DNA of 64,000 bases from the IMG/VR virus record IMGVR_UViG_3300045988_073070; one strand, given 5' to 3'. Position 1 is the stretch's first letter; every line of letters begins with the position of its first letter. The notes below the pieces were generated by a model. The model saw only the letters and a list, made by a program, of their open reading frames with translations, searched no databases and was not told where the DNA came from. Shown piece by piece: positions 53,540 to 62,327 of the stretch. This DNA comes from a virus. A program made the translations under genes and the position numbers.

Positions 53540-53580
53540 GGAGTATAATTCAAACATGGAGTTATGCTCCTTTTAATTTT
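53540..53580 (+). terminator. intrinsic terminator
   Basis: GGAGTATAA (53540-53548) / TTATGCTCC (53562-53570), 9 bp with one G-U pair, then TTTTAATTTT. Confidence 0.7.
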
Positions 53581-53588
53581 ACAATAAT

Positions 53589-53852
53589 ATGAAAAGTCTT
53601 TATGTAGATGCAAACAGCCGTACCGTCCAATGTGCACGATTGAGCATTGGGTTGAACGTAAATGCGGCAGGGGTTGTAGCTCAAATAGAGCCCAACCAGT
53701 TTATCCGAGTTAAGGCAGTAGGCGGTGATGCCGTTATACGTCAGGAAAACCAGTCAGGTGATGGTGTACTTCTTTCCGAAGGAGAAACTGAATACTTCTT
53801 TATTGAATCTCACCTTGAGCTTGTAAGTGGTCAAATCAACGTAATGTATTAA
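53589..53852 (+). CDS. hypothetical small protein
   Basis: 87-aa ORF standing alone between a terminator and the promoter C cassette. Confidence 0.5.
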   Translation: MKSLYVDANSRTVQCARLSIGLNVNAAGVVAQIEPNQFIRVKAVGGDAVIRQENQSGDGVLLSEGETEYFFIESHLELVSGQINVMY

Positions 53853-53949
53853 GCCATGCTGAGAATCGGGAAAATAGGCAAGCTCACGAGCCGCCAAAAG
53901 CCTAAAAAGGCAAGCACTCCGTAACGCAAAAGAAGTTACCAAAAGTTAA

Positions 53950-53984
53950 AAGCGAAGTTTTTACCAAAATTCTTCGCTTTTTAT
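53950..53984 (+). terminator. hairpin/terminator abutting promoter C
   Basis: AAGCGAAG (53950-53957) / CTTCGCTT (53972-53979). The loop contains TTTACCAAAA. A T-run runs into the -33 box. Confidence 0.6.
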
Positions 53985-54015
53985 TTTGTAGTTTGTAAAA
54001 TAGTTCCTACCTTTG
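53985..54015 (+). promoter_or_regulatory. Bacteroidota-type sigma-A promoter C
   Basis: TTTG at 53985-53988, 19 nt, TACCTTTG at 54008-54015. Upstream AAAGTTAAA at 53942-53950. Confidence 0.75.
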
Positions 54016-54042
54016 TAACATAAACATTAAAATTACAAAGAT

Positions 54043-54279
54043 ATGAGAGCAAAACGGATAATGATAACAGTTCTTCCTACAAGAGAAGATTTGTCAAAAG
54101 AGGAACAAGAATTTTTGAATACTTGTAAAATTAACCAATCTGTATATCTTACAGATAAACCTATGGAAGAGGTAAAATCATACTTATACGGAGCTGGGAG
54201 AAATTCATTTGAATTTATTCTTTCCAGAGTAGATGAAATATGTTATAATTCTATGGTAAGAGAGGGATTCATATCATGA
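54043..54279 (+). CDS. hypothetical small protein, first gene after promoter C
   Basis: 78-aa ORF. Confidence 0.5.
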   Translation: MRAKRIMITVLPTREDLSKEEQEFLNTCKINQSVYLTDKPMEEVKSYLYGAGRNSFEFILSRVDEICYNSMVREGFIS

Positions 54280-54464
54280 GAACACGTACTTTCATAATCA
54301 TATTGTTGGTAGCTCTATTCGGGAGCTACCTATACATCAAACTTGTTTGGGGAAGTTTCGGAGCTTTCATGACAGCGTGTCTCATCAAGTCCGTTATCGG
54401 AGTAGGATGTTTGGTTGTTATATTGTTAGCAACGTTAATTATATCAAAAATCAATCGAAAATGA
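54276..54464 (+). CDS. small two-TM membrane protein
   Basis: 'FIIILLVALFGSYLYIKLVW' and 'VIGVGCLVVILLATLIISK'. ATGA overlap. Confidence 0.5.
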   Translation: MRTRTFIIILLVALFGSYLYIKLVWGSFGAFMTACLIKSVIGVGCLVVILLATLIISKINRK

Positions 54465-54658
54465 AAATTGTTATGCGAATATTGTATGCTATTGACGGAA
54501 GGTTTGGACGTAGAGTTCTCAAACCGCAATACCGAGTTTGGTGGAGACTGTTTACCTACGGAACACTGACGGTGTTACTATTCAGATTTGTATTTGTACC
54601 GATTCTTGATTGGTGGCAAGGCGTTGTAGATTTTCTTAATTATGTAATTTGGGGATGA
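54461..54658 (+). CDS. small single-TM membrane protein
   Basis: ATGA overlap start at 54461 (MKIVMRIL...). TM helix 'LFTYGTLTVLLFRFVFVPIL'. Confidence 0.45.
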   Translation: MKIVMRILYAIDGRFGRRVLKPQYRVWWRLFTYGTLTVLLFRFVFVPILDWWQGVVDFLNYVIWG

Positions 54659-54659
54659 T

Positions 54660-54806
54660 ATGAAAGTATTGGAATTTATATTTAGCAGCTTTTGGACGTT
54701 CATTGGTTCGGTTATCCTGATAGGTTTATTCTTTCAAGGCGTTGCTCAAGTTATCCGAGCGATTAAAGGAACGCCAGAGCCAAAAGACGAAAACGATGAA
54801 GATTGA
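54660..54806 (+). CDS. small single-TM membrane protein (48 aa), not in the ORF track
   Basis: Read by hand: MKVLEFIFSSFWTFIGSVILIGLFFQGVAQVIRAIKGTPEPKDENDED. Confidence 0.4.
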   Translation: MKVLEFIFSSFWTFIGSVILIGLFFQGVAQVIRAIKGTPEPKDENDED

Positions 54807-55044
54807 AACAGCCGAAAAGGTCATCAAGAAGATGTCTTGGGAAATAACGAAGCAAGAACGATTCCTTGGACTTGTATCAAGAGCCAATCAGATGAAGCCC
54901 AAAGACCGAGAGAATGTATTGAAGGGAGCTTGTTGGATTGACGGCACAATCGAAACCCAAATCAAGTTTGCGATGGATAAGAGAGCGAGACTGGTGAAGG
55001 CACGTTCAACTCTATCGAAACGATATGGAATATCAATCTATTAA
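54796..55044 (+). CDS. hypothetical small basic protein
   Basis: ATG at 54796 (MKIETAEKV...), overlapping the previous small ORF. Confidence 0.5.
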   Translation: MKIETAEKVIKKMSWEITKQERFLGLVSRANQMKPKDRENVLKGACWIDGTIETQIKFAMDKRARLVKARSTLSKRYGISIY

Positions 55045-55131
55045 CCACATTTGCTGACGATTAACCGAGAGGATGAAGGGAAATACCTTCACGGATAACG
55101 AAAGAGGCAGAGCAATCAAATTTTAAGCATC

Positions 55132-55317
55132 ATGGAAGATATTAAACAAAGACAGATTGAACAGCTCCAACGTGACATAAGGATTCTGGAAGAAATTATT
55201 TCAGGCAAGATGGAGAATTACACCAGTCATCCAATTCCAGTCCTCAAAGAAGGTTTATCGAAGTACCAATCAGATTTGGCGAGGTTACAAGAAAACGTTG
55301 GGCAAAGGGGGAATTAA
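55132..55317 (+). CDS. hypothetical small coiled-coil protein
   Basis: 61-aa ORF. Confidence 0.45.
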   Translation: MEDIKQRQIEQLQRDIRILEEIISGKMENYTSHPIPVLKEGLSKYQSDLARLQENVGQRGN

Positions 55318-55465
55318 AAGGGGGTTACTTCACGAGCGTATGCGAGTGCACGAGGAAACAAGATTTTCAAGATAATTGAATATAGTTTCTTTGGGCACTT
55401 TCTTTGATATATAAGGGGGTTCATGAACCAACGTTACTTCCTTCCAGATATAAAACAAAGACGAT
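55304..55465 (+). promoter_or_regulatory. second G5-box cassette (paralogous to 15258-15384)
   Basis: 'AAAGGGGGAATTAAAAGGGGGT' (55304-55325) parallels 'AAAGGGGGAACGGGGGT' (15323-15339). The proximal G5 (55415-55419) lies exactly 46 nt before the ATG at 55466, the same distance as G5 15334-15338 before the ATG at 15385. Both are followed by 'CCA(A)G-TA(T)AAA..CAAAGA'. Confidence 0.35.
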
Positions 55466-56035
55466 ATGGAAATTGTAAAGAAAATAGCAAAATGGATTCT
55501 CCGAGAGGAACTGAACGACCTTCAGACCACCGTGAATAAGCAAGCCCACGATAAGGTTGAAATGAACAAGCAGATAGCGAGTTTGAGAGAAAGGTTGTTT
55601 GGTTCAAGAAAAGTCCTACTATCCCAGACGATGGTAGAATGTATTGTTAAAATGCTACCTGACCCGAACAAAGCAGGTTGTGGCGGTTTAACTTCTTCGG
55701 ACTTGAAAATGCGAAACATGATTTTTGTAGATGAACTTGGCGGACGACAATATCAACACTCCGTTCGATTCGTTCAGGCTATCGGAGACGATGAACGGTT
55801 ACAAGGTTTAACCATAAACATATCCGAATACAATATCAATGTGTTCGTCCCATTGAGACGGGAGAATGTGAGTTATGAGGTATTCGGAGTACAAACCGCA
55901 ATAGATACTTACTTTTGGGACTTGTATGGAGCAGGCATACGAATGTTGAGCAACGAAGCCTTTGCGATGAGTTCCGAATTTATCAACGCTCAGCATAATG
56001 TTTTGAAAGAATTTAGAGAACAAGGATTGTTATGA
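55466..56035 (+). CDS. hypothetical protein
   Basis: 189-aa ORF. Confidence 0.6.
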   Translation: MEIVKKIAKWILREELNDLQTTVNKQAHDKVEMNKQIASLRERLFGSRKVLLSQTMVECIVKMLPDPNKAGCGGLTSSDLKMRNMIFVDELGGRQYQHSVRFVQAIGDDERLQGLTINISEYNINVFVPLRRENVSYEVFGVQTAIDTYFWDLYGAGIRMLSNEAFAMSSEFINAQHNVLKEFREQGLL

Positions 56036-56352
56036 ATATATTGAACCAAGAAAGTTTTTGTCGTCATTGGTGTAATGACTACGACAAAGTAATGAAGGAA
56101 CAGACCGAAGAATGCGAATGTATTGTAGCTTGTTCAAGTTCGGAGAACGGAATGAATCCAGATGCCTTTGCTGCACAAGGATTGATGATGAAAACCGAAG
56201 AAGAATTGTTTGAGGAAGCCTTGAAAAATTTTGCTAAAAGTGTGTTATTTACAAAAGATGGTTCATTTTGCGTAGATGACTTTGAGAAATATTGGGAAGA
56301 TAACAAAGACAAATTATTGAAATATGACCAAAGTGAGATTAAGCCAAATTGA
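56032..56352 (+). CDS. hypothetical protein
   Basis: 106-aa ORF with ATGA overlap. Confidence 0.55.
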   Translation: MNILNQESFCRHWCNDYDKVMKEQTEECECIVACSSSENGMNPDAFAAQGLMMKTEEELFEEALKNFAKSVLFTKDGSFCVDDFEKYWEDNKDKLLKYDQSEIKPN

Positions 56353-56773
56353 GGAAGGAAGCGGAAAGCCGATGTTCACCCGAAAGCATAAAGGAACGAC
56401 AAAGAAGAAGCCTTTGATTGGAGACATAGACGAAGATGATGAAGAGGATGAAGAGGATTCGGACGATGACTTCAACGACAATGAGGATGAAGGCAAGAAG
56501 CGGTTATCAAAAACAATGCTTCACTTCAAAGACGAAGGAATAACCATATCAGCTTGGGACTTACATACCATTGAAACTGATATGCGATTCGTAGAGAAGC
56601 CGAAAGCCCACTGGGAGTTTGGAATCACTATCAATAAGGGATTGAATCCCAGTCAGTTTATCAATAAAACCGACCTTTCTATGTGGTATTTAAGCGAGGA
56701 AGTAAGGGATGATAAAATGGCAAAAATGCTGGAAATCCTTAAAGTAGAAGGACTCAACGTTATCGAGATATAG
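56324..56773 (+). CDS. hypothetical protein with poly-acidic tract
   Basis: 149 aa with the tract 'DIDEDDEEDEEDSDDDFNDNEDE'. Confidence 0.55.
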   Translation: MTKVRLSQIEEGSGKPMFTRKHKGTTKKKPLIGDIDEDDEEDEEDSDDDFNDNEDEGKKRLSKTMLHFKDEGITISAWDLHTIETDMRFVEKPKAHWEFGITINKGLNPSQFINKTDLSMWYLSEEVRDDKMAKMLEILKVEGLNVIEI

Positions 56774-56824
56774 AGAACGCAAGTATATAGTGTTTGAATA
56801 TTGTTTAATTTAACAAATTGTAAA

Positions 56825-57130
56825 ATGAAAAAGTTTGAATTAGTGCAAGCAATTGCCAAGGAAACGGGTTACACCCAAGAAGTAGTAAACAACGTGGTTG
56901 ATGCAATGCAACCGATTATCGCAAACGCTTGTATCGAAGAAGGCGATGAAGTGAACCTGCCTGAGCTGGGTAAGTTCAAACGTCAGGTGTTCACGGCACG
57001 TAAAGGACGCAACCCGTTGACGGGCGAAGCTCTTGACATTCCCGAATCACACACCGTTGGCTTCAAGGCTACGACCAAGCTGAAGAAAGTTATTCAGCCG
57101 AAGAAAGCCGCAAAGAAGGGTAAAAAGTAA
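56825..57130 (+). CDS. HU/IHF-family DNA-binding protein
   Basis: 'MKKFELVQAIAKETGYTQEVVNNVVDAM...LPELGKFKRQVFTARKGRNPLTGEALDIPESHTVGFKATTKLK' is the canonical HU fold sequence, including the R-N-P arm. ATG at 56825, preceded by 'CAAATTGTAAA'. Confidence 0.9.
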   Translation: MKKFELVQAIAKETGYTQEVVNNVVDAMQPIIANACIEEGDEVNLPELGKFKRQVFTARKGRNPLTGEALDIPESHTVGFKATTKLKKVIQPKKAAKKGKK

Positions 57131-57197
57131 GCATGCTCCATCAAATGCTTTTGAGAACTGGGTTTTGGCGAGTTTAAGTCAGCCCAGTTTTCTTTTT
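57129..57197 (+). terminator. tandem hairpins / terminator after the HU gene
   Basis: AAGCAT (57129-57134) / ATGCTT (57145-57150), then AACTGGG (57156-57162) / CCCAGTT (57183-57189), followed by TTTCTTTTT. Confidence 0.65.
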
Positions 57198-57237
57198 GCC
57201 CAAAGTTTATAATTCCAGAAGATTAAACAATATTATA

Positions 57238-57561
57238 ATGAAAGCAATAACGGAGAAAGAAAAGTTACCAAAGTTTCTTATTGTGAACGGAGTTCCTGAA
57301 ACTCAATCTTACAATAAGCATCTTTTGAAGCCTTGGAAGAAAGGTGAGCTTGTAAAAGTTGCTCCTTTTGAAGAGCAGGTCAGAAACGATAAGTATGACG
57401 ACCAATTGAAATACGTCAAACCAGACAACAATCCTTTGCACTTTCGACAAAAGTATGTAAAGGTTATCCGAAAGGACGACAACGGTGAATGGACTTTGAC
57501 TTACACAGCAGGATGGGAATATTTTGATATGTTAAAAACTAATAAAAAGAACAAAAAATGA
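57238..57561 (+). CDS. hypothetical protein
   Basis: ATG at 57238; the track start at 57196 is a TTG inside the terminator T-run. It contains a 25-nt copy of the terminator-family sequence (57346-57370). Confidence 0.55.
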   Translation: MKAITEKEKLPKFLIVNGVPETQSYNKHLLKPWKKGELVKVAPFEEQVRNDKYDDQLKYVKPDNNPLHFRQKYVKVIRKDDNGEWTLTYTAGWEYFDMLKTNKKNKK

Positions 57562-58187
57562 AAATCAGGAGATTTATTTTGAACCGCATCTTGAATGCGA
57601 GACAGAGAGAAATGATTTGGGCAGCGTTGCTATTTTCGGCTCACACCTACAAAAGACGTGGGAACATGGAAGGATTTGCCGCTGTAACAAGAGTGTTGGA
57701 CGAAACTCAACCGATTCTGGGAGTTAAGGAAAGGACTTGGACAAGAAAGGAAGTTGAAGCCTTGATTGAGGAAAGCTCCGAGCACATCAGCCGAAAGATT
57801 AACGAGATTGCCCAAGACGCATACAAGAAGGGCGTGCATGCAGGGCGTTCCGAAGCTATCCAAGAAAGAATCAAAGAAGACACCGAACACGCTCATCACA
57901 TTGAAGAGTTTGCTGATACGCTCCGACCTTTTGGAATCGTCATTGGTGTAAGACGTAGCGAGGATTCCGAAGGACTTCAACCAGGTCATGAGTTCTCAAA
58001 GGAGAAATGTGAAGGATGCGAGAACAAAGAAGATTGTGAGCTTTACAATGTGGTTCTCAAAGACGAATTTGAGTCAGCCGAAGGAGAGGACGAAAAGAAA
58101 GAGAACGGCACGGAGAAGGCAGAAGAAACCGATGAGCATGCCGATACCGAAGAAGGAAAGACTGAAGGTGAAGACAAACATGAGTAG
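57558..58187 (+). CDS. hypothetical protein, acidic C-terminus
   Basis: 209-aa ORF with ATGA overlap. Confidence 0.6.
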   Translation: MKIRRFILNRILNARQREMIWAALLFSAHTYKRRGNMEGFAAVTRVLDETQPILGVKERTWTRKEVEALIEESSEHISRKINEIAQDAYKKGVHAGRSEAIQERIKEDTEHAHHIEEFADTLRPFGIVIGVRRSEDSEGLQPGHEFSKEKCEGCENKEDCELYNVVLKDEFESAEGEDEKKENGTEKAEETDEHADTEEGKTEGEDKHE

Positions 58188-58213
58188 TCTCCTGTTATTC
58201 CATATATAATCCG

Positions 58214-58260
58214 AATACCGTGGACAAGGTTAATAACTACGTTCACGGTATTTTAATTTA
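58214..58260 (+). terminator. intrinsic terminator
   Basis: AATACCGTG (58214-58222) / CACGGTATT (58244-58252), 9 bp, then TTTAATTT. Confidence 0.65.
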
Positions 58261-58268
58261 ACAAAAGT

Positions 58269-58943
58269 ATGATAACAAGTAATTATATTGTTCACGACTG
58301 CGAAACGGGTGGATTGGATTGCGAAAAGAATCCCATTACCCAATATGCTTGCATTATTCTTGACGGTAAGACTTTGAAGGAGCTTGACCGATACGAGACA
58401 TTTGTAAAACCTTATGCTGATTTGACGATTGAAAAACAAGCTCTTGAAAAGACTATGGTAAGTATGTCTGATATCAAGAACGGAGTTCCTGTCAAGGAGT
58501 TCATTGCCACAACTCACGACCTTTGGAAACAATATCAATCAAAGGCGAAATGGGAAGATGCCCGAAGGTTAGTATCAGTTGGGCACAATATACCATTTGA
58601 CCACCGTATGCTTGAATGGGCATTCCGATATTGCAAGAAAGGAAGTATTTGGAATTTGCTACAAGATAGCTTTATTGATACTATGGTATTAACGAAGATG
58701 ACTTGGGGAATTAACGGAAATGAAAAGATTACACTTTCAGATGCCGTTCGATATGCCAAGTTGAAGATAACGGATGCTCACGGAGCTATGAATGACGTAG
58801 AGGCAACCGCAGACCTTCTCCGTTGGTTCATGAAGAAGCTCCGAAGTAAGAAGGGAGAAGCGAGTGTTGAGAAAGAAGTTAAGGAACGTTTGAAAGGTCA
58901 AGAGTTCTTTGAGTTTCAATGCGGCGGTAAAACTCCAAAATAA
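58269..58943 (+). CDS. DnaQ-like DEDDh 3'-5' exonuclease (Pol III epsilon-like proofreading subunit)
   Basis: Exo I 'IVHDCETGGLD', Exo II 'VGHNIPFDHRML' and Exo III 'HGAMNDVEATADL'. Confidence 0.85.
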   Translation: MITSNYIVHDCETGGLDCEKNPITQYACIILDGKTLKELDRYETFVKPYADLTIEKQALEKTMVSMSDIKNGVPVKEFIATTHDLWKQYQSKAKWEDARRLVSVGHNIPFDHRMLEWAFRYCKKGSIWNLLQDSFIDTMVLTKMTWGINGNEKITLSDAVRYAKLKITDAHGAMNDVEATADLLRWFMKKLRSKKGEASVEKEVKERLKGQEFFEFQCGGKTPK

Positions 58944-58986
58944 AACTTACCAAAGTTTATATAACAAAATTGTAAATCAAATTGAT

Positions 58987-59769
58987 ATGGCACGTGCAAC
59001 AGTTGACGAAGTAAGAGCTGGATTGGAATTGGCTCTTGAAGAGATTCTAAATGTCCAAAACATGAATGTTTGGATAAGTGTTAAAGATAGACCAATTGGT
59101 AAGATTCTTGAAAGCGCAGGAGTTGAGAAGAAATACAACCCATACGTTATGAAGGCTCTTGTTAAATTAGGATTGGTTGAGGAAGAAGGACAGCTTGGCG
59201 GTAAAATGTATAAAATCAAGTCCAAAGTCATTCCCGATGTAAAGTATTTGGTTAAGAAGATTCACGAAGAAGCCAAAGCCGAACGGAAATCATATTACAC
59301 TCCAGTATCGGAGCGAGAGGAAAAGCAATTTGACGGTTATCCTACTTCAAAGCCTTCCGACCTTAAACCAAAACGCCCATACAAGCGCAAAGATGCGCAT
59401 CAATCCGAATACTCTTCACCAGCTGTTAAAACGACACGACAAGTAATTATACCAAATTTGGGTGATATGAGATTCTTGGTATATGAAAACAATATCGTGG
59501 AAGGAAAGATTGTATCACTTCACTTTGGAGAGGACGGCAAGAAAATTATGTATAATATTGAGATAGTTAATACATATTGGATTAAGATGCAGAATGCTCC
59601 GAAGGTAGAAATCAAAGAGGACACGAGAGATTATGATGGCGAAGAAGATGACGTTGAACCAACAAAGTATCTTGTATTGAGAGATATGAGCGTGAAAGAC
59701 TTATTTGAAACACCTGCAATTGCTGCTGAATATCTGGTACGTCATTCAGTCAAATACATTAAGAAGTAA
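58987..59769 (+). CDS. hypothetical protein (possible winged-helix N-terminus)
   Basis: ATG at 58987, preceded by 'AAAATTGTAAATCAAATTGAT'. 260 aa. Confidence 0.6.
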   Translation: MARATVDEVRAGLELALEEILNVQNMNVWISVKDRPIGKILESAGVEKKYNPYVMKALVKLGLVEEEGQLGGKMYKIKSKVIPDVKYLVKKIHEEAKAERKSYYTPVSEREEKQFDGYPTSKPSDLKPKRPYKRKDAHQSEYSSPAVKTTRQVIIPNLGDMRFLVYENNIVEGKIVSLHFGEDGKKIMYNIEIVNTYWIKMQNAPKVEIKEDTRDYDGEEDDVEPTKYLVLRDMSVKDLFETPAIAAEYLVRHSVKYIKK

Positions 59770-59804
59770 CATTATCAAGTATAATAAACAAAATCGTAAA
59801 CGTT

Positions 59805-60560
59805 ATGTCAGAATTGGAAAAGAAAACAGAAGAAGCTCCGAAGCGTAAACGCAGAACGAAAGCGGAGCTTGAAGAAGCAAAGAAAAACGGCACTTACAAG
59901 CCGAGAAAGAAAGTTGTGAAGGAAGAAGTGCCGAACGAGACGAAAGCACCCGAAGAACATGCCGCCAAAGCTCCTATGAAGCCTGAGCAGAGTGTTCTTA
60001 TTATGGCGTGTTTGAATCCGACCGTAGCAGAAGCCGCAACGAAAGCAGCACATGATGCGGGAGTCAAAGTGGTCATTCTTGAAGACCGAGTTATTCACGA
60101 CTATTTGGAAGTAAGAGAAGGTGAAAAACCTCAAGACCTTTCCGACTTCTTGAACAACGCTTCAAACCGTCTCCATGCTGAAGACCAATGTAAGAAACTT
60201 TATGCTATCATAACAAAGGGTGGACGCATTGAAGATTCGGTTGGAAGAGTATTCACGGCAAGCGAGGTTGTGAAAGCTACAAACTTGACTCACTCAAAAG
60301 CGAGAGCCGTGTTTGACCTTCTCAGAGCGTTCGGACTTATTAAGTTCACCAAAGGAAACTTCCAATTTATGTTTACATTCTCCAATGACCTTCGGAGAAA
60401 GACAATCAAAGAAGAAGTTTTGGGAATGTTGAAAGTTATCAACGTGGACATCCAAAGATACCGAGCTTCAATATACAATGACGATTCTTTAACACCAGAG
60501 CAAAAACATGAAATGTATAATGGTTTGGCCAAAGATTTGGACGAGGTATTGGAGTTCTAA
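59805..60560 (+). CDS. hypothetical basic/HTH protein immediately upstream of terL (small terminase subunit is a positional guess only)
   Basis: Lys/Arg-rich N-terminus. HTH-like 'THSKARAVFDLLRAFGLIKF'. 251 aa. Confidence 0.6.
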   Translation: MSELEKKTEEAPKRKRRTKAELEEAKKNGTYKPRKKVVKEEVPNETKAPEEHAAKAPMKPEQSVLIMACLNPTVAEAATKAAHDAGVKVVILEDRVIHDYLEVREGEKPQDLSDFLNNASNRLHAEDQCKKLYAIITKGGRIEDSVGRVFTASEVVKATNLTHSKARAVFDLLRAFGLIKFTKGNFQFMFTFSNDLRRKTIKEEVLGMLKVINVDIQRYRASIYNDDSLTPEQKHEMYNGLAKDLDEVLEF

Positions 60561-60581
60561 TAATTCATAATATAGTGTGGG

Positions 60582-60620
60582 AGCTAACAAGGAGCAATCT
60601 TTGTTAGCTTTTGCCGTTTT
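60582..60620 (+). terminator. hairpin between 59805-60560 and terL
   Basis: Perfect 9-bp stem AGCTAACAA (60582-60590) / TTGTTAGCT (60601-60609), then TTTGCCGTTTT. It overlaps the GTG start proposed by the ORF track. Confidence 0.5.
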
Positions 60621-60633
60621 AAGACGTTTGTTT

Positions 60634-62310
60634 ATGTTAGTAGATTCTTCAGGCACTTTGTTACTTCAAACTCCGATGCACCGATTGGAGTGTTTGAACG
60701 TTGTTGATGAAATAATCGAAGGACTTGATGAGCGAGGAATCAACGAGCTTTTGGAAGGCTCAGAAGGCGACTTGGATTTTGTTATTGATAATTTAGTCCG
60801 AGATACTTTTGAGGTAATGTACACGGGAAAGACTGATATTGACTTTTCTCCTAAATACACCGACCGTCTTTCAGAATCAATTGAGGAAACGTTAAGGACA
60901 AGAAACCTTACATATTTTATCACTTCGGTGATGCCCGACTTTCAATTGTCTTGGCATCATTTGGAATGGGGAGACTTGGTGCACCGATATAGGAAGCTGT
61001 GTATTGAGGCAGCACGTGACCATGGTAAATCTTTCTATTTCTCCAATGCTTATGCAGCTTGGCAATTGTATAAGTATGCCCGACCGAAGGGAACAGTATT
61101 TTCAGCCAGACCTACCAAATCAAATTCCAATCGTGGTTATCTCTTTTCGTTCTCTTTGCAACAATCCGTTGACCTTATGGAGATTCTCAAAGGAACGATT
61201 GAGAGCAACGATATATTGAGACAAAGACTTTTCCCAGATTCAAAACAAAGCGGAGCTTGGGCAAGTACGAATATAGTATGTAAGAACGGAGCGAGATTGA
61301 CGTGTAAGGGATTTGGGTCATCAGTACGTGGTGCTCACCCGTTCTGGATAGTAGTAGATGACGGATTAAAAGATAACGTCATATACAGTCAGCTACAAAG
61401 GCAGAAAAGCATTGATTATTTTCATTCGGTTATTATGAACATGCTTGTGCCAGGTGGGCAGATTATTGTTGTTGGTACTCCATTCCACGCTTCGGATTTA
61501 TATGGAGACTTGAAAAGCAAGAAGGGTTGGTTTGTTATTGAATATCCTGCTATCTTTCCTGATGGTAGAATCCTTTGGCCACAACGTTGGAGTTTCTTTG
61601 ACCTTCTTGATAAGAGAGCTTCACAAGGTAACATAATATTTTCCCGTGAGAACTTATGCCGACCGATTACCAATGAGGCTTCTATATTCCCATTGAAGGT
61701 TTTGGAACGTTCTTTATTGCGTATGGAAAATTATGTTTTGGTACGCAATCGTGATGACTTCCCAATGAAGTTTAACAAGGTTGTTACGGGTTGTGACTTT
61801 GCAATATCTGCAAACGTAGGAAGCGACTACACTGTATTCACAACTTGGGGAGTTGATGACGAGACGGGAGAACGCTGGTTGTTAAACTTCCACCGACAAA
61901 AGGGAATGACGTTCAACGAGCAAATGCAAGTTCTACGAGGAATCAACGCAAGATTCCGTCCAGATACGATGATATTGGAACAAAATACCTTCCAACAGAT
62001 ATTCGTACAGGAGAGCGACCGTCAAGGACTTCCAGTGGTTGGTCATACTACGGGAATAGATAAGTATGATTTGAAAACAGGTTGGCCAGGTTTGGCGATA
62101 GACTTTGAGCGTGGCAAAATACACATTCCCGTAGGAGATGACTATTCACGCAACGTTAAAGACCTCATATTTTCTGACCTTGGTTCGGTGGCGTTTACCG
62201 ATAAGGGATTGGAGAGTGTAGGAGAGCATGATGATATTTCATCCAGCTTCTGGTTAGCCAAGTTGGGAGCTAATTTGATAACAACAGGATTCAAATATAC
62301 ATTTTTATAA
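60634..62310 (+). CDS. terL: terminase large subunit
   Basis: ATPase: Walker A-like 'AARDHGKSF', Walker B 'FWIVVDDGL' and coupling motif 'VVGTPFH'. 'IFSRENLCRPI' is present. RNaseH-like nuclease: 'TGCDFAIS' and 'EHDDISSSFWLA'. I chose the ATG at 60634 over the GTG at 60577 because of the hairpin. Confidence 0.85.
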   Translation: MLVDSSGTLLLQTPMHRLECLNVVDEIIEGLDERGINELLEGSEGDLDFVIDNLVRDTFEVMYTGKTDIDFSPKYTDRLSESIEETLRTRNLTYFITSVMPDFQLSWHHLEWGDLVHRYRKLCIEAARDHGKSFYFSNAYAAWQLYKYARPKGTVFSARPTKSNSNRGYLFSFSLQQSVDLMEILKGTIESNDILRQRLFPDSKQSGAWASTNIVCKNGARLTCKGFGSSVRGAHPFWIVVDDGLKDNVIYSQLQRQKSIDYFHSVIMNMLVPGGQIIVVGTPFHASDLYGDLKSKKGWFVIEYPAIFPDGRILWPQRWSFFDLLDKRASQGNIIFSRENLCRPITNEASIFPLKVLERSLLRMENYVLVRNRDDFPMKFNKVVTGCDFAISANVGSDYTVFTTWGVDDETGERWLLNFHRQKGMTFNEQMQVLRGINARFRPDTMILEQNTFQQIFVQESDRQGLPVVGHTTGIDKYDLKTGWPGLAIDFERGKIHIPVGDDYSRNVKDLIFSDLGSVAFTDKGLESVGEHDDISSSFWLAKLGANLITTGFKYTFL

Positions 62311-62327
62311 CAATAATATAAAGAACA

